NCBI GenBank assembly: GCA_036139835.1
Contig: JAYZYW010000012.1
Span: 1-57,929, forward strand
DNA: 57,929 nucleotides
DNA from: Bacteroidota bacterium
GTDB taxonomy: Bacteria; Bacteroidota; Bacteroidia; Flavobacteriales; BACL11
Direction: 5' to 3'
The stretch's first letter is position 1; every line of letters starts with the position of its first letter. Under the pieces are notes generated by a model. That model had not been told where the DNA came from, searched no databases, and saw nothing but the letters and a program-made list of their open reading frames with translations. Positions 21,627 through 32,767 of this stretch are shown here, in pieces. A program made the translations under genes and the position numbers.

Positions 21627-23651
21627 ATGAGATATCAAAACCCACAACTGCTTTACGCGCTTTTTGCAATAGCAATTCCCATTATTATTCATCTTTTCAA
21701 TCTAAGAAAATACAAAACTGTTCGTTTTAGCAGCGTCCGTTTTTTGAAGCAAATTAAAAAAGCAAAACGCTCTCGATCTAGATTAAAAAACATACTCATT
21801 CTATTAAGTAGAATTTTAGCTATTACATGCTTAGTGCTTGCATTTGCAAAACCCTATTTTCCTGCAAAAGAAAGACAAACAATTATTGCAAAAAACATCT
21901 GCTTTTACATTGACAACTCTTTAAGTATGGAAAGTATATCGGAAGATGGGATGCTCATTGATGTTGCAAAAAGCAAAGCAGAAGAAATTGTCAAACAACA
22001 CGAAAAAGAAAGTAATTTTTTCATTATCACCAATGATTTTTCTGCTAAACATAACCATTCTTTCAGTGGTATAGAGTTATCAAAAAGGATACGAAACATA
22101 AAAACTTCTCCTCATCAAAGAAGTGTTTCAGCTATTTATAGTCGGCTTCAAAGTCTGACTAATGAATATACACAACTCTATCTACTTACCGATATGCAAA
22201 AAAGTACTTTTAGTATTGAGGATTTGAATATTTTAGACTCAAATATTAATGCTTTAATTATTCCACTCAGTAGTACAAATACTAATAATTTATACTTTGA
22301 TAGTTGTTGGGCTAACAGCCCAATTATCCAGCAAGGGAAACCAATTGAAATTGTAGCTATGCTGAGCAATAAATCGGATATTAAATTAGAAAACATTCCG
22401 GCATTTTTACATGTGAATAATCAGCAAAAAGCAATAACTAATTTTAGTATTTTACCAAACGAAACAACTGAAATTGAATTTAAATTTACTCCATTATCTT
22501 CTGGGTTTAAGGGATGTGAAATCTCTCTGCAGGACTATCCTATTTCCTTTGATGATCGCTTTTATTTTTCCTTCAGAATTTTAGATAAGATAAAAGTGTT
22601 ATCTATTTATGAGAATAGCGAAAATATTGCATTAAAAACGCTTTATAGTAATGATGATGCATTTCATTATAAATCAGTAAATGTTGGGCAAATAAACTAT
22701 GATGCAATTAAAAATCAGCAACTATTGATTTTAGATGGGCTTTCCGACATCTCATCCGGACTCTTACAAACAATTGAAGCTTTTGTTCAGCAAGGGGGTA
22801 ATTTAGGAATTATTCCTAACAATGATATTAATTTTACTGATTACAATCAACTTTCCAACTTACTTAAAATAGATGATCTTATAGTTATAGATACTACAAA
22901 GCAAAAGGTAAATAAAATTGCCTATAATCATCAAGTATTTGATGGTGTATTTCAAAAGGAAGAGAAAAAAATAAATCTTCCAATTGTAAGTAAGCATTAT
23001 AAGTTTTCAAACAAATATAAAACCAATAAGCAATCTATTTTTTCTCTTGAAATGGGAGATGATTTTATAAGCCACTACCAATATAATACTGCTAATATTT
23101 ATCTCTTTTCCTCCCCACTAAACAATGAAAGTAGTAATTTTAGCAATCATGCTCTTTTTGTACCTTTGATGTACAATATAGCTCTGATGAGTACTGAAAA
23201 GTTGACACGGTTTAATAGAATTAATGAAAAGCAATATTTTGATGCGCCTGCATTAGAAAATTCAGAATATATTTATCATTTGCAATCGAAAAATTTTGAT
23301 ATCATACCTGCAGAAAAATTTGTAGCTGGAAAAAGAAAGCTATACTTACACGATCAATTAAAAAAGGCAGGAAATTACAAACTGACTGCAAACAATCATA
23401 CCAAAGATATTATTGCTTTTAATTATGACAAAAAAGAGTCTGTTCCTGCCCTATACAGTATTAGTGAGGTTGAAGATATTTTTTATAGCAAAAACATCAA
23501 AAATATAATGATAAACAAAAAAGTAAATCAGCAGACAACAAACATTGTACAAGAACTTAGCCTAGGGAAAAGTTATTGGAAAATTTTTATAGTATTTACC
23601 CTACTTTTTTTACTAATTGAAATTTTATTCATCAAATATTTAAAGTCATGA
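21627..23651 (+). CDS. BatA-type N-terminal double-TM domain protein
   Basis: The N-terminus PQLLYALFAIAIPIIIHLFNLRKYKTVRFSSVRFLK matches the aerotolerance BatA N-terminal motif. The ATG at 21627 is preferred over the TTG at 21624. Confidence 0.6.
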   Translation: MRYQNPQLLYALFAIAIPIIIHLFNLRKYKTVRFSSVRFLKQIKKAKRSRSRLKNILILLSRILAITCLVLAFAKPYFPAKERQTIIAKNICFYIDNSLSMESISEDGMLIDVAKSKAEEIVKQHEKESNFFIITNDFSAKHNHSFSGIELSKRIRNIKTSPHQRSVSAIYSRLQSLTNEYTQLYLLTDMQKSTFSIEDLNILDSNINALIIPLSSTNTNNLYFDSCWANSPIIQQGKPIEIVAMLSNKSDIKLENIPAFLHVNNQQKAITNFSILPNETTEIEFKFTPLSSGFKGCEISLQDYPISFDDRFYFSFRILDKIKVLSIYENSENIALKTLYSNDDAFHYKSVNVGQINYDAIKNQQLLILDGLSDISSGLLQTIEAFVQQGGNLGIIPNNDINFTDYNQLSNLLKIDDLIVIDTTKQKVNKIAYNHQVFDGVFQKEEKKINLPIVSKHYKFSNKYKTNKQSIFSLEMGDDFISHYQYNTANIYLFSSPLNNESSNFSNHALFVPLMYNIALMSTEKLTRFNRINEKQYFDAPALENSEYIYHLQSKNFDIIPAEKFVAGKRKLYLHDQLKKAGNYKLTANNHTKDIIAFNYDKKESVPALYSISEVEDIFYSKNIKNIMINKKVNQQTTNIVQELSLGKSYWKIFIVFTLLFLLIEILFIKYLKS

Positions 23652-24916
23652 ATGTACTTATCAAATCGGCAAAGGTGATTGATCCAAAAGGAAAACACCA
23701 CAACAAAACACGAGACATCCTAATTAAGAATGGAAAAATTAAAAAGATTGGGGCCAACATAAAGGTAGATAAAGTAAAGTTATATACTGCTAGAAATTTA
23801 CATCTATCCTTAGGCTGGTTCGATATGCATGCTAATTTTAGAGATCCTGGATATGAGCATAAAGAGGATGTCAACTCAGGAAGTAATGCGGCAGCAAAAG
23901 GAGGTTTTACTAATGTTTTGCTTATGCCTAACACCCTGCCAATAACCGATAATAATGCACAAGTAGAATACATACAAAGCAAGGCTAAAAATAATATTGT
24001 TTCTGTGTATGTTGCAGGAAGTTTAAGCAAAAAAATGCAAGGGAAAGAAATGGTGGAAATGTATGATATGAAAAATGCTGGCGCAATAGCGTTTACTGAC
24101 GATAAAAATGCAATACAACATAATGAGGTAATGAAAAATGCCTTGCTTTACGCAAAAGATTTTGATGGCTTAATTATGAATTATCCAAATGATAAAAGCA
24201 TCTCAAATGGAGGACAAATAAATGAGGGAAAAATCAGTACGGCATTGGGGTTAAAAGGAATAGCTGAAATGGCTGAAGAAATGATGATTGATAGAGATAT
24301 CTCTCTTTGCGATTATACTAATGGAAAATTACACCTTTGCTATCTTTCCACTAAAAATAGCGTAGAAAAAATAAAAAAGGCTAAAAAGATGGGATTGAAA
24401 ATATCTGCAGATGTTTGTTTGCATAATTTACTACTAACTGATGAAGAGATCACTCATTTTGATACCCGTTATAAAGTGCTCCCACCGCTAAGACGTAAGC
24501 AAGATTGTGCTGCTTTAATAAAAGGACTGAAAGATGGCACTATTGATGTAATTTGTACCGACCATAGCCCTGAGGATGAGGAAAACAAAAAGACAGAATT
24601 TGACAATGCAGCTTTTGGTATTATAGGCTTGGAAAGTGCATTTGGGCTGATAGGAAAACACCTTGGCCCTCATTTAAGTTTAGCTGAAATTATAGAAAAA
24701 ATTGCAATAAACCCTCGGAGAATATTAAAAATAGAAAACACAAAAATCGAGGAAGGTTCAGCTGCTAACCTCACCCTTTTTGATCCTGAAATGGAGTGGA
24801 AATTTCAAAAAACAGATATTGCATCCAAATCCGTAAACACGCCTTTTTTTGGCGAAAAGCTAAAAGGAAAAGCTGTGGCAATTTATAATAAAGGTAAATT
24901 TTTAGAAATTTCTTAA
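23648..24916 (+). CDS. pyrC: Dihydroorotase (cyclic amidohydrolase family)
   Basis: Contains GWFDMHANFRDPG and ICTDHSPE (metal ligands), with amidohydrolase length. Confidence 0.8.
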   Translation: MNVLIKSAKVIDPKGKHHNKTRDILIKNGKIKKIGANIKVDKVKLYTARNLHLSLGWFDMHANFRDPGYEHKEDVNSGSNAAAKGGFTNVLLMPNTLPITDNNAQVEYIQSKAKNNIVSVYVAGSLSKKMQGKEMVEMYDMKNAGAIAFTDDKNAIQHNEVMKNALLYAKDFDGLIMNYPNDKSISNGGQINEGKISTALGLKGIAEMAEEMMIDRDISLCDYTNGKLHLCYLSTKNSVEKIKKAKKMGLKISADVCLHNLLLTDEEITHFDTRYKVLPPLRRKQDCAALIKGLKDGTIDVICTDHSPEDEENKKTEFDNAAFGIIGLESAFGLIGKHLGPHLSLAEIIEKIAINPRRILKIENTKIEEGSAANLTLFDPEMEWKFQKTDIASKSVNTPFFGEKLKGKAVAIYNKGKFLEIS

Positions 24917-24975
24917 TAACTAAATAAGCCAAGCATTTGATCGACTTCTTTTATCTCCAATTTTAATACTAATAT

Positions 24976-27801
24976 CTAATAATCTAAATAGACTTTCTTC
25001 TCTACAGTACCATCATCATAAATATACAGTAAAGTCGTTTCTTCTTTTTTTGTAGAAAAATCCACTTCCCTGCCTAATACATCTGTAATGCGCACTAGTT
25101 TTTTATCTTTAGTAATCAAATTAATATCATTTACATCAGATGTGCTTTGTTCTTCGTAAAGAGAGAAATCATCCACAGCAGCTTCAATTAAAGAGCCGCC
25201 ATCCAAATATTGCCCTAAATGCGTACTATCAGAAGCAATGAATTTTACCCTCACTTGATTGCTTAGATTTACATAGTCCTTTACCCTAAAAGCAAATCTT
25301 CTCCAGCTTTTATCAGACGTTTTATTACTCTCTACATAATGCCAATTCACCCCATCATCTGTAATCAATACTTGCCACCAATCAGCACCAGGATTTGCGC
25401 CTGATGGAGGGTTATTAGTGTACCATCTGTAATAGGTAAATGTAGGGTTTGTATAATTACTTAAATCATAAAATGGTGAAAACAAAGTAGTATGTCCATC
25501 GTCAACATCATTAGTTCCTATTCCATCAAGTAGTCCAGCATTTCCTGTAAATGCACATTCAATCCCATTTACTGTATGATCTTCATCCGTTTGACAAATT
25601 GTTGAAGGATCTGAAGGATCAGAAAAAGATCCAGTTGGCTCATCAATTACCCATAAACCAGTAGTAGCATTATCGGTTGCATCTCCCAATTGCCAAAAAC
25701 CCATATTAGCATCAAAATCTTCAATTCCCATAAACTCAAAACCATTCAAAATAAAATAAGGCACATTTGCATATTGGTTAAGGTTTGCCGCCATTGGTGT
25801 AATACCTGATTGTTTACCGTAAATATCTTCCAATAAAATATAATAAGCAATAAGCGTTCCTGCTGGCTGAGCCGGAATCTGACCAATATAAGTTGTCCCT
25901 CCAGTGCTTGTAAGCGGAATATCGTTCCATGTGTTTGTATTGTTTAACTTATAATGCACTTTAGCATCATTTAATGCCCAAATATATGTAAGAGCAATAG
26001 TTGCATTTATGGAAATGTCATTGTTTGCAGTTGACATCATTACAGGTGTATGTATAATATTAGCATTCGATAAAAGTGAAATTCCATGAATTGCAAAAGC
26101 ATTTACAATCAACTGATCATTAGGAGTTCCATTGTAAATATTCCCATCATTATCATCTGCCATAAGAGTTTCTAATAGAATATCAGTATAAATAATTCCT
26201 TCTGTTCCGCCTGGACCATCTGGGGCACCATCATAAGTGTATTTGAATAGATCCATCATTTGCCCCATATCATTAAAACCTAAATAAGTGTCCCAGAAAC
26301 ATCCTGCAATAATTTCACCATCAGCATGTACTTCGCCTACTATATCTTGGGGATATACTTTTTTATTAACATCATATCTTCTTACAAAGTCATTAGGATC
26401 AGACAAACTCATTCCTTCTCCTAAAATAGGATTCTGTGTAATAGATAATCCCCAAATATCTGCATATCCTTCATTTAATGCTCCATTCCACATGCCATTA
26501 TTTCCATATCGGTAATCATTTATTCCATGTCCATATTCATGATATACCACATCTCCTATTTTAGCCAAAGAATTACAATCATTTCCTTCTGCATAAAAAT
26601 TTATGCTTCCTCCACTATAAAAAGCATTACAGGAACCTTGTACATCCACATTAGTAGTCATAGCAAAGTCTAGTCCAGTGAAAGTTGGAAAAATAGTTTT
26701 CATGTAATCATGTACTACATTTACATGATAATAGGCTGATCGCTCTTGAGAGGTAGCATCATTATCAAAAGAAATGTTGTTGGTAGTACCTAAAGTTGTA
26801 TTGATACTAGGAGTACTTCCTCCAGTTTCCACTTTTGACCATCTTCCTTCCAAACCATAATAAACATTACTACCTACATTTGCCGAGAGTGTCAAATCAC
26901 CATTTTGATCGGTATAATAAGTTGTGCCATTCACATGTACTCTCAAATTCACTAAATCCTTAACTGTTGCTGGTACATAAGGCTGTACAGCATATAGATT
27001 CGATTCTACATGTACAGAAGTAGATGATGGTGGCTCAGCACAAGAATGAGTTTCATACAAAATAATATTTTTCCGCATCAACAATTCTCCTGTGTGCGCA
27101 TCCACAAAACAAAGATATTTTGCTGGGCCAACATTAATAGTTGTTTCAAATTCTACCTCATAAAAAAGATGATAATTGTATTTGTTGTTTTTAGGTATTG
27201 GAAGTACTTTCAAATAAGTTTTTACTATTGCATTATTAATTGTATTTGCAATACCGAAAGTAGCACTATTTATTGCATCAGTTCTTGAGATAGTTGGCAG
27301 TACACTTAAATCAATATCAGAAAAAATATCCAAACCAAAAACAACCAATTTATCATCCTTTGTTGTTTTAATGTACAATCTACTATCATGCACTTGTAGT
27401 CCTTTGTAAGATTGCTGAAAATCTAAATATTTATATTTTTCATTTTCTCTTACATCTAAAAGGGAAATATCAGCAAGCGGGATATTGAAATCTGATAGTT
27501 CATCAGTTATAAAATTAATTACTTTATCTGTTGTGGAATTGCCATTTAATAGTTCAATAGGCTCACCATATGCTCTATGCGGCTTTAGGTTAAACTGATT
27601 AAAATTCACAAACCAACGCGGATACCTATCAAGGAAATGCTGCCAAGCATTTTGGTGCCTTAGGGTTTGTTGTAAATTTAAATCAGTGGTAATTTGCTCT
27701 TTAATGTAGCGTACCTCATACTCATCATTTGCATTATTGTCATATGCAAAAACACTAGCGGATAGCATCAAAATTAAACAGAATATTGTCGTTTTTCTCA
27801 T
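24976..27801 (-). CDS. Secreted gluzincin (thermolysin/M4-like) zinc metalloprotease with a probable T9SS CTD
   Basis: HEYGH (HExxH) is followed 24 residues after its first His by the E of NEGYADIWG, which matches thermolysin spacing. It has a signal peptide. The C-terminal ITDVLGREV...YIYDDGTVEKKVYLDY resembles a sorting domain. Confidence 0.7.
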   Translation of the reverse strand: MRKTTIFCLILMLSASVFAYDNNANDEYEVRYIKEQITTDLNLQQTLRHQNAWQHFLDRYPRWFVNFNQFNLKPHRAYGEPIELLNGNSTTDKVINFITDELSDFNIPLADISLLDVRENEKYKYLDFQQSYKGLQVHDSRLYIKTTKDDKLVVFGLDIFSDIDLSVLPTISRTDAINSATFGIANTINNAIVKTYLKVLPIPKNNKYNYHLFYEVEFETTINVGPAKYLCFVDAHTGELLMRKNIILYETHSCAEPPSSTSVHVESNLYAVQPYVPATVKDLVNLRVHVNGTTYYTDQNGDLTLSANVGSNVYYGLEGRWSKVETGGSTPSINTTLGTTNNISFDNDATSQERSAYYHVNVVHDYMKTIFPTFTGLDFAMTTNVDVQGSCNAFYSGGSINFYAEGNDCNSLAKIGDVVYHEYGHGINDYRYGNNGMWNGALNEGYADIWGLSITQNPILGEGMSLSDPNDFVRRYDVNKKVYPQDIVGEVHADGEIIAGCFWDTYLGFNDMGQMMDLFKYTYDGAPDGPGGTEGIIYTDILLETLMADDNDGNIYNGTPNDQLIVNAFAIHGISLLSNANIIHTPVMMSTANNDISINATIALTYIWALNDAKVHYKLNNTNTWNDIPLTSTGGTTYIGQIPAQPAGTLIAYYILLEDIYGKQSGITPMAANLNQYANVPYFILNGFEFMGIEDFDANMGFWQLGDATDNATTGLWVIDEPTGSFSDPSDPSTICQTDEDHTVNGIECAFTGNAGLLDGIGTNDVDDGHTTLFSPFYDLSNYTNPTFTYYRWYTNNPPSGANPGADWWQVLITDDGVNWHYVESNKTSDKSWRRFAFRVKDYVNLSNQVRVKFIASDSTHLGQYLDGGSLIEAAVDDFSLYEEQSTSDVNDINLITKDKKLVRITDVLGREVDFSTKKEETTLLYIYDDGTVEKKVYLDY

Positions 27802-27895
27802 CTAGTTTTTTATTTAAAATTCGGTTTGCAATTTACCAATATTTAAATTATTAAAACAAATTAGTGTAGTTAATTTCTTTTAAATTCTTACTTGT

Positions 27896-28657
27896 TCAAA
27901 GTCTTAGAACTAGACCGTCATAGGCAGGTTTTATAAAGTCAGGTAATTCTTGTTCAACTTCATTGTGCAAACCCATCAAATGACTGATATGTATAAGATA
28001 CCCTTGTTTTGGTTGTAATTCTTCAAGCAATTCCACTGCTTGGCGTAAACTTAAGTGTGAGATATGTGGGGTTTTTCTAAGGGCATCTAATACTATCAAC
28101 TCTGCTCCTTTCATCTTTTGTTTCTCCATCTCTGAGATTTCACTTATATCCGTTAAATAAACAAAGTCTTTTATTCTATAACCAAAAACATTAAGCTTAT
28201 AGTGTAATGCCTCAATAGGTAAAATTTTAACCCCTCCAACAGAAAATTCTTCGTTTTTGATGGTGTGAATCTTAACCTGAGGAATCCCTGGATATTTATA
28301 TGCAGAAAAAACATATGGAAATTCTCTGATTAGTGCCTCTTCAACTTCATCTGTGCAATAGACATCCATATCCTTTTTAAGTTTGTAATTAAAAGCTCTT
28401 ACGTCATCCATACCTGCTATATGATCTTTATGTTGATGAGTAAAAATAACTGCATCTAACTTCTGTACATTTTCTCTAAGCATTTGCTGACGAAAATCAG
28501 GACCAGTATCAATCACTATTGTTTGCTTTTCTATTTCAATAAGCACTGAAGTTCTTAGCCGATTATCTTTTAGATTATCAGATTTGCATACCTGACAACC
28601 GCAAGCAATAACGGGTATTCCTTGAGAGGTTCCTGTACCTAAAAATGTAACTTTCAT
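27896..28657 (-). CDS. MBL-fold metallo-hydrolase (PhnP/GPMB-like)
   Basis: FTHQHKDHIAG is an HxHxDH motif. The N-terminus is MKVTFLGTGTSQGIP. Confidence 0.85.
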   Translation of the reverse strand: MKVTFLGTGTSQGIPVIACGCQVCKSDNLKDNRLRTSVLIEIEKQTIVIDTGPDFRQQMLRENVQKLDAVIFTHQHKDHIAGMDDVRAFNYKLKKDMDVYCTDEVEEALIREFPYVFSAYKYPGIPQVKIHTIKNEEFSVGGVKILPIEALHYKLNVFGYRIKDFVYLTDISEISEMEKQKMKGAELIVLDALRKTPHISHLSLRQAVELLEELQPKQGYLIHISHLMGLHNEVEQELPDFIKPAYDGLVLRL

Positions 28658-28747
28658 AATTAGTTCAATATTATAGCAGGTAAAATTAATACATTAATCT
28701 TGCCTTAGTAAATATATCTGTATAAATTTGCGGCTGAAAAAATTAAA

Positions 28748-30178
28748 ATGGAAAAAGCAATAATCTTATCGGCTAACCAAAAAGCATTACAAATAAATCG
28801 CGAATCAAAAATTTATGGCACATTTGTAGAGGTAGGTGCAGGACAAGAGGTTGTTCGTCATTTTTTTAGAGCTGGTATGGCATCTCATACTATTGCAAAA
28901 ACCATGTCTGCATACGATAAAGATTTTTCAGATTCAATTTATGGGAAAGAAGAAGATGGTCGATATGTTTGTGAATCTCGTTTGCAGAAAATGATTGAAA
29001 AGGAATATTCCCTATTGGAAGATCGTCTTGATAGAAAACAGCATCAGAATAAAAAATTCTTTGCATTTGCTAATACAATGAAAACCATCAATCATGAGAA
29101 GACAATAAAAGGACATGGATGGATGGGAATTCGTTTTCAATCGAATGCAAAAGACCACCCAAGTAATGTTATTTTACATGTTCGTTTAAATGATGCGGAC
29201 GCGAAATTACAACAAGAAACAATTGGAATATTAGGCGTAAATCTCGCTCATGCCTGTTTTTTCAATCACAATGATCCTAAAGCGCTATTAAGATCTTTAT
29301 ATGATAATTTAAGTCGTAACAATATTGAGATTGATATGATAAAAATGACTGGCCCTGATTTTAAGGAAGTAGATAATCGATTGCTGAGTCTTACGCTTGT
29401 AAAAGAAAGAATGACTGATGCAGTTATTTTTAGCCCTGATGGGATAAATCACCAACCTGCAGATATACTTTACAAAAAAAATATTTTAACCATTAGAGGA
29501 AGTTTTCGTCCAGTAACAAAAGTAAATATCAATATGCTTGAAAATGGCATGGAAAAGTTCTTAGAAAATAAAAGAGTAAAAAAGGACAATCTGCAACTTC
29601 TTTTTGAAATCACACTTTCCAATCTAAGAATGGAGGGAGAGATTAATGAAAAAGACTTTTTAGATCGGGCTGACATTCTGTGTTCATTAGGTTATACGGT
29701 AATGATTTCAAATTATAAAAAATATTACAAATTAGTAGAATACCTATCTCAATTTACTAGAGCTCGAATGGGGCTTATTGTTGGGGTAGATAATTTATTA
29801 GAAATGTTTAATGATGCTTATTATCGTAATTTGAATGGGGGAATTATGGAAGCATTTGGTATTATTGTTACTAGAGATATCAAAATTTATCTATACCCAT
29901 TCAAACCAAACGATAAAGTTGAATTACAAAACAGTAAAAATATCGCTATTCATCCCCGCATTAAGCCAATTTACAACTATCTGTATTCAAATGGAAGAAT
30001 TGAAGATTTGAATTATAATCCTGATGTATTACATATTTTCTCAAGAGAAGTCTTAAGTCTTGTCAAATCATGTAAAGAGGGTGAATGGGAAAATATGGTT
30101 CCTGAAGGAGTAGCAGAGATCATAAAAGAAAAATCTCTTTTCGGGAGCAAGTATAAAATTAAACCTAAGAAGAATTAA
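28748..30178 (+). CDS. Conserved hypothetical protein
   Basis: 476-aa ORF with good coding character. I recognise no motif with confidence. Confidence 0.4.
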   Translation: MEKAIILSANQKALQINRESKIYGTFVEVGAGQEVVRHFFRAGMASHTIAKTMSAYDKDFSDSIYGKEEDGRYVCESRLQKMIEKEYSLLEDRLDRKQHQNKKFFAFANTMKTINHEKTIKGHGWMGIRFQSNAKDHPSNVILHVRLNDADAKLQQETIGILGVNLAHACFFNHNDPKALLRSLYDNLSRNNIEIDMIKMTGPDFKEVDNRLLSLTLVKERMTDAVIFSPDGINHQPADILYKKNILTIRGSFRPVTKVNINMLENGMEKFLENKRVKKDNLQLLFEITLSNLRMEGEINEKDFLDRADILCSLGYTVMISNYKKYYKLVEYLSQFTRARMGLIVGVDNLLEMFNDAYYRNLNGGIMEAFGIIVTRDIKIYLYPFKPNDKVELQNSKNIAIHPRIKPIYNYLYSNGRIEDLNYNPDVLHIFSREVLSLVKSCKEGEWENMVPEGVAEIIKEKSLFGSKYKIKPKKN

Positions 30179-30213
30179 ACCTTTTCAGCTTTATATAATA
30201 TAAACAGAAAATT

Positions 30214-32679
30214 ATGAGAAAAATATTACTTTTTATTTTTATTGTTCCGCTTTTTGCATTAGCACAAGATAGAGGTGGCGGTCGCGGAATAGGTGGTAGT
30301 TTTAAAGGTTTTGGTAAAGACAATTCTAAAGATTACATAAAAGGAAATATTGTAGGGAAAGTGCTTGACAGTGAGACTGGTGAACCTTTAGAGTTTGCAA
30401 ACATCAGTCTTAGTAATATTAGATGGAACAAGATAGTAGAAGGCACCATAACAGATGAGAAGGGTAAATTTTACATTGAAAAAATTCGTTCTGGAAAATA
30501 CCGAGTCAATATTAGTTTTATTGGTTACAATACACAAGAAATTGATTTTGAATTAACCAAAAGAAAGCCTGACGTGAAACTAGGTGAGATCCTAATGATT
30601 GCTGATAGCGAAATGCTTTCTGAAGTTAAGATTATTGAGCAAAAACCCATCTATGAAAATAAGATTGACAAAATCGTTTATAATGCAGAGAACGATATGA
30701 ATGAGGGTTTATCTGATGCTACAGATGTATTAAGAAAAGCACCTTTACTTACAGTGGATTTAGAAGGTGAAGTAAGTTTGAGAGGAAGTAAGAATATCAA
30801 GTTTTTAGTAAATGGTAAAGCCTCTACATTTTTTACTTCTGATATTGCTACTGCACTAAAAATGATTCCATCTGATGAAATTAAAAGTGTAGAAATTATT
30901 ACTAGTCCAGGCGCAAAGTATGATGGTGAAGGAGATGCAGGCATTGTAAACATTGTTACTAAAAAGAAGATTATTGATGGGTATAAGAGTACTATCAATA
31001 CTGCGTTTGGGACTAAAGTAAATCGACAATCTGCAAATTTGAGTATTGGAAAAGGAAGATTTGGACTTTCAGCAAGAGGAGGAATACACTATAATTGGGC
31101 AAGAAAAGGATTTTCTTTTTCTAAAAGAGAAGATTGGGATGAGAACAATATAAACGACATCAAATCTATAATTGACACTTCAAATACCTTTAGCCAATAT
31201 ACACGCTATAATGGTTCTATCAATATGTTTTATGATATTAATGGATACAATAATATTATGTCTGACATTAGAATTGGTGGAAGAAGATCCTATAGTTACG
31301 ATTCCACCTCTTATTATTTTGTTAACGACTCAAGAGAAGATTATGAGTCCTACATTAAAACCAATAGTAGTGTAAATAGATTAGAATGGAGCACAGATTA
31401 CACTAAAACATTTGAAGATGCAGAAGAAAAAGAATTAAGTATTTCATTTCAAATTGGCGGGAATTTTGGAGATGATGATATAGATAATTTAGAAGATGGG
31501 AATTTAAAATATCATAATGCAAATGATGAAAAAGAAATGGAAAGTACATTGCAATTAGATTATATTCATCCTTTTTGGGAAGAAAATAAAATAGAACTAG
31601 GTGGTAAGTTAATCAATAGAAATAGAGAAATGGTTTATTCTAATACTTCTTCCTTATCAGAATATTCTGCTCCACAAGAAACTTTCAATTATTCACAGAA
31701 AGTTTTTGCAACTTATCTTTCTTCTGATTGGGTTTTCCCTTCAGATATCGGTGTAAAAGCTGGCTTAAGACATGAATACACACAAATAAGTGGAGATTGG
31801 CAATCTGGAGAAGATGAGCCCTTCAAAAATGATTATGGTAAAATATTACCAAGTTTAGCTGTTGCAAAAAAATTTAGCGATTCTAAATCTTTAAAAATTA
31901 GTTACAATAAAAGAATTTCTAGGCCTAGGACAAAATACATAAATCCCAACACATTAAACACTAATAATTTTAGCCGCACTATTGGAAATCCTGATCTCTC
32001 CCCTTCGTTAACTCATCAAGTGGAAATGGGATACAATAGTTTTGGAAAAAAATACCAAGGTAGTTATTATGTGTACGCAAAACAAACTAAAGATATTGTA
32101 GAATCATACTCAAGAATGGAAGATGGTCTAATGATTACTACTTTCGAAAATATTGGTTCTAGCATCACTTATGGAATAAATTATTACGGATCATTACGAT
32201 ATGAAAAATGGAATATTAGAGCCGGTTTTAATCTTTATCAGTATAAGGGAAGTGCTACAATAGATGGCAATGAAGAGTCCTTAACATCTAACTTACTTTA
32301 CTCCTACAATTTTGGAGGTATGTACGATTTAGGAAAAAAATGGAAAGTTGAAGGTTGGGGCTTTTTTCGATCTCCTTCTCAAACCATACAGGGAACCGCT
32401 ACTTCTTTTAGTATGATGAGTTTTGGTGTGAAAAAGGAACTTAATAATAAAAGAGGGTCAGTTGGTATACATATAGTCGAACCATTTAGCAAATACAAAA
32501 TATTCTCTTCTGATACGAATGCTGATGATTTTACTTATACAAGTGACAGATATATTGCTTTCCGTTCTATTGGAATTAACTTTCAGTATACTTTTGGGAA
32601 ACTTAACTTTAAATCTGCTAGCAAAAAGTCAAACATCAATAATGATGATGTAGATCAGGGTGATGGGCAAGAATTTTAA
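30214..32679 (+). CDS. TonB-dependent-receptor-like outer membrane beta-barrel protein with an N-terminal carboxypeptidase-regulatory-like domain
   Basis: Signal peptide. GKVLDSETGEPLEFANISL is a CarbopepD_reg-like motif. A plug-like region is followed by a long barrel ending in aromatic residues. Confidence 0.75.
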   Translation: MRKILLFIFIVPLFALAQDRGGGRGIGGSFKGFGKDNSKDYIKGNIVGKVLDSETGEPLEFANISLSNIRWNKIVEGTITDEKGKFYIEKIRSGKYRVNISFIGYNTQEIDFELTKRKPDVKLGEILMIADSEMLSEVKIIEQKPIYENKIDKIVYNAENDMNEGLSDATDVLRKAPLLTVDLEGEVSLRGSKNIKFLVNGKASTFFTSDIATALKMIPSDEIKSVEIITSPGAKYDGEGDAGIVNIVTKKKIIDGYKSTINTAFGTKVNRQSANLSIGKGRFGLSARGGIHYNWARKGFSFSKREDWDENNINDIKSIIDTSNTFSQYTRYNGSINMFYDINGYNNIMSDIRIGGRRSYSYDSTSYYFVNDSREDYESYIKTNSSVNRLEWSTDYTKTFEDAEEKELSISFQIGGNFGDDDIDNLEDGNLKYHNANDEKEMESTLQLDYIHPFWEENKIELGGKLINRNREMVYSNTSSLSEYSAPQETFNYSQKVFATYLSSDWVFPSDIGVKAGLRHEYTQISGDWQSGEDEPFKNDYGKILPSLAVAKKFSDSKSLKISYNKRISRPRTKYINPNTLNTNNFSRTIGNPDLSPSLTHQVEMGYNSFGKKYQGSYYVYAKQTKDIVESYSRMEDGLMITTFENIGSSITYGINYYGSLRYEKWNIRAGFNLYQYKGSATIDGNEESLTSNLLYSYNFGGMYDLGKKWKVEGWGFFRSPSQTIQGTATSFSMMSFGVKKELNNKRGSVGIHIVEPFSKYKIFSSDTNADDFTYTSDRYIAFRSIGINFQYTFGKLNFKSASKKSNINNDDVDQGDGQEF

Positions 32680-32767
32680 TCGTATAAATATCTTCGATTA
32701 ACCTATCGATAATCCTGGCTCATTTAGTGAAGAACCTATTATCCATTATATTTTAAAGAGTTGATTT

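Noticed and set aside
23632-24030. 132-aa minus-strand ORF
   Set aside because: It is antisense to the start of the dihydroorotase gene and overlaps the end of the BatA-type gene. It has no motif and is a shadow ORF.
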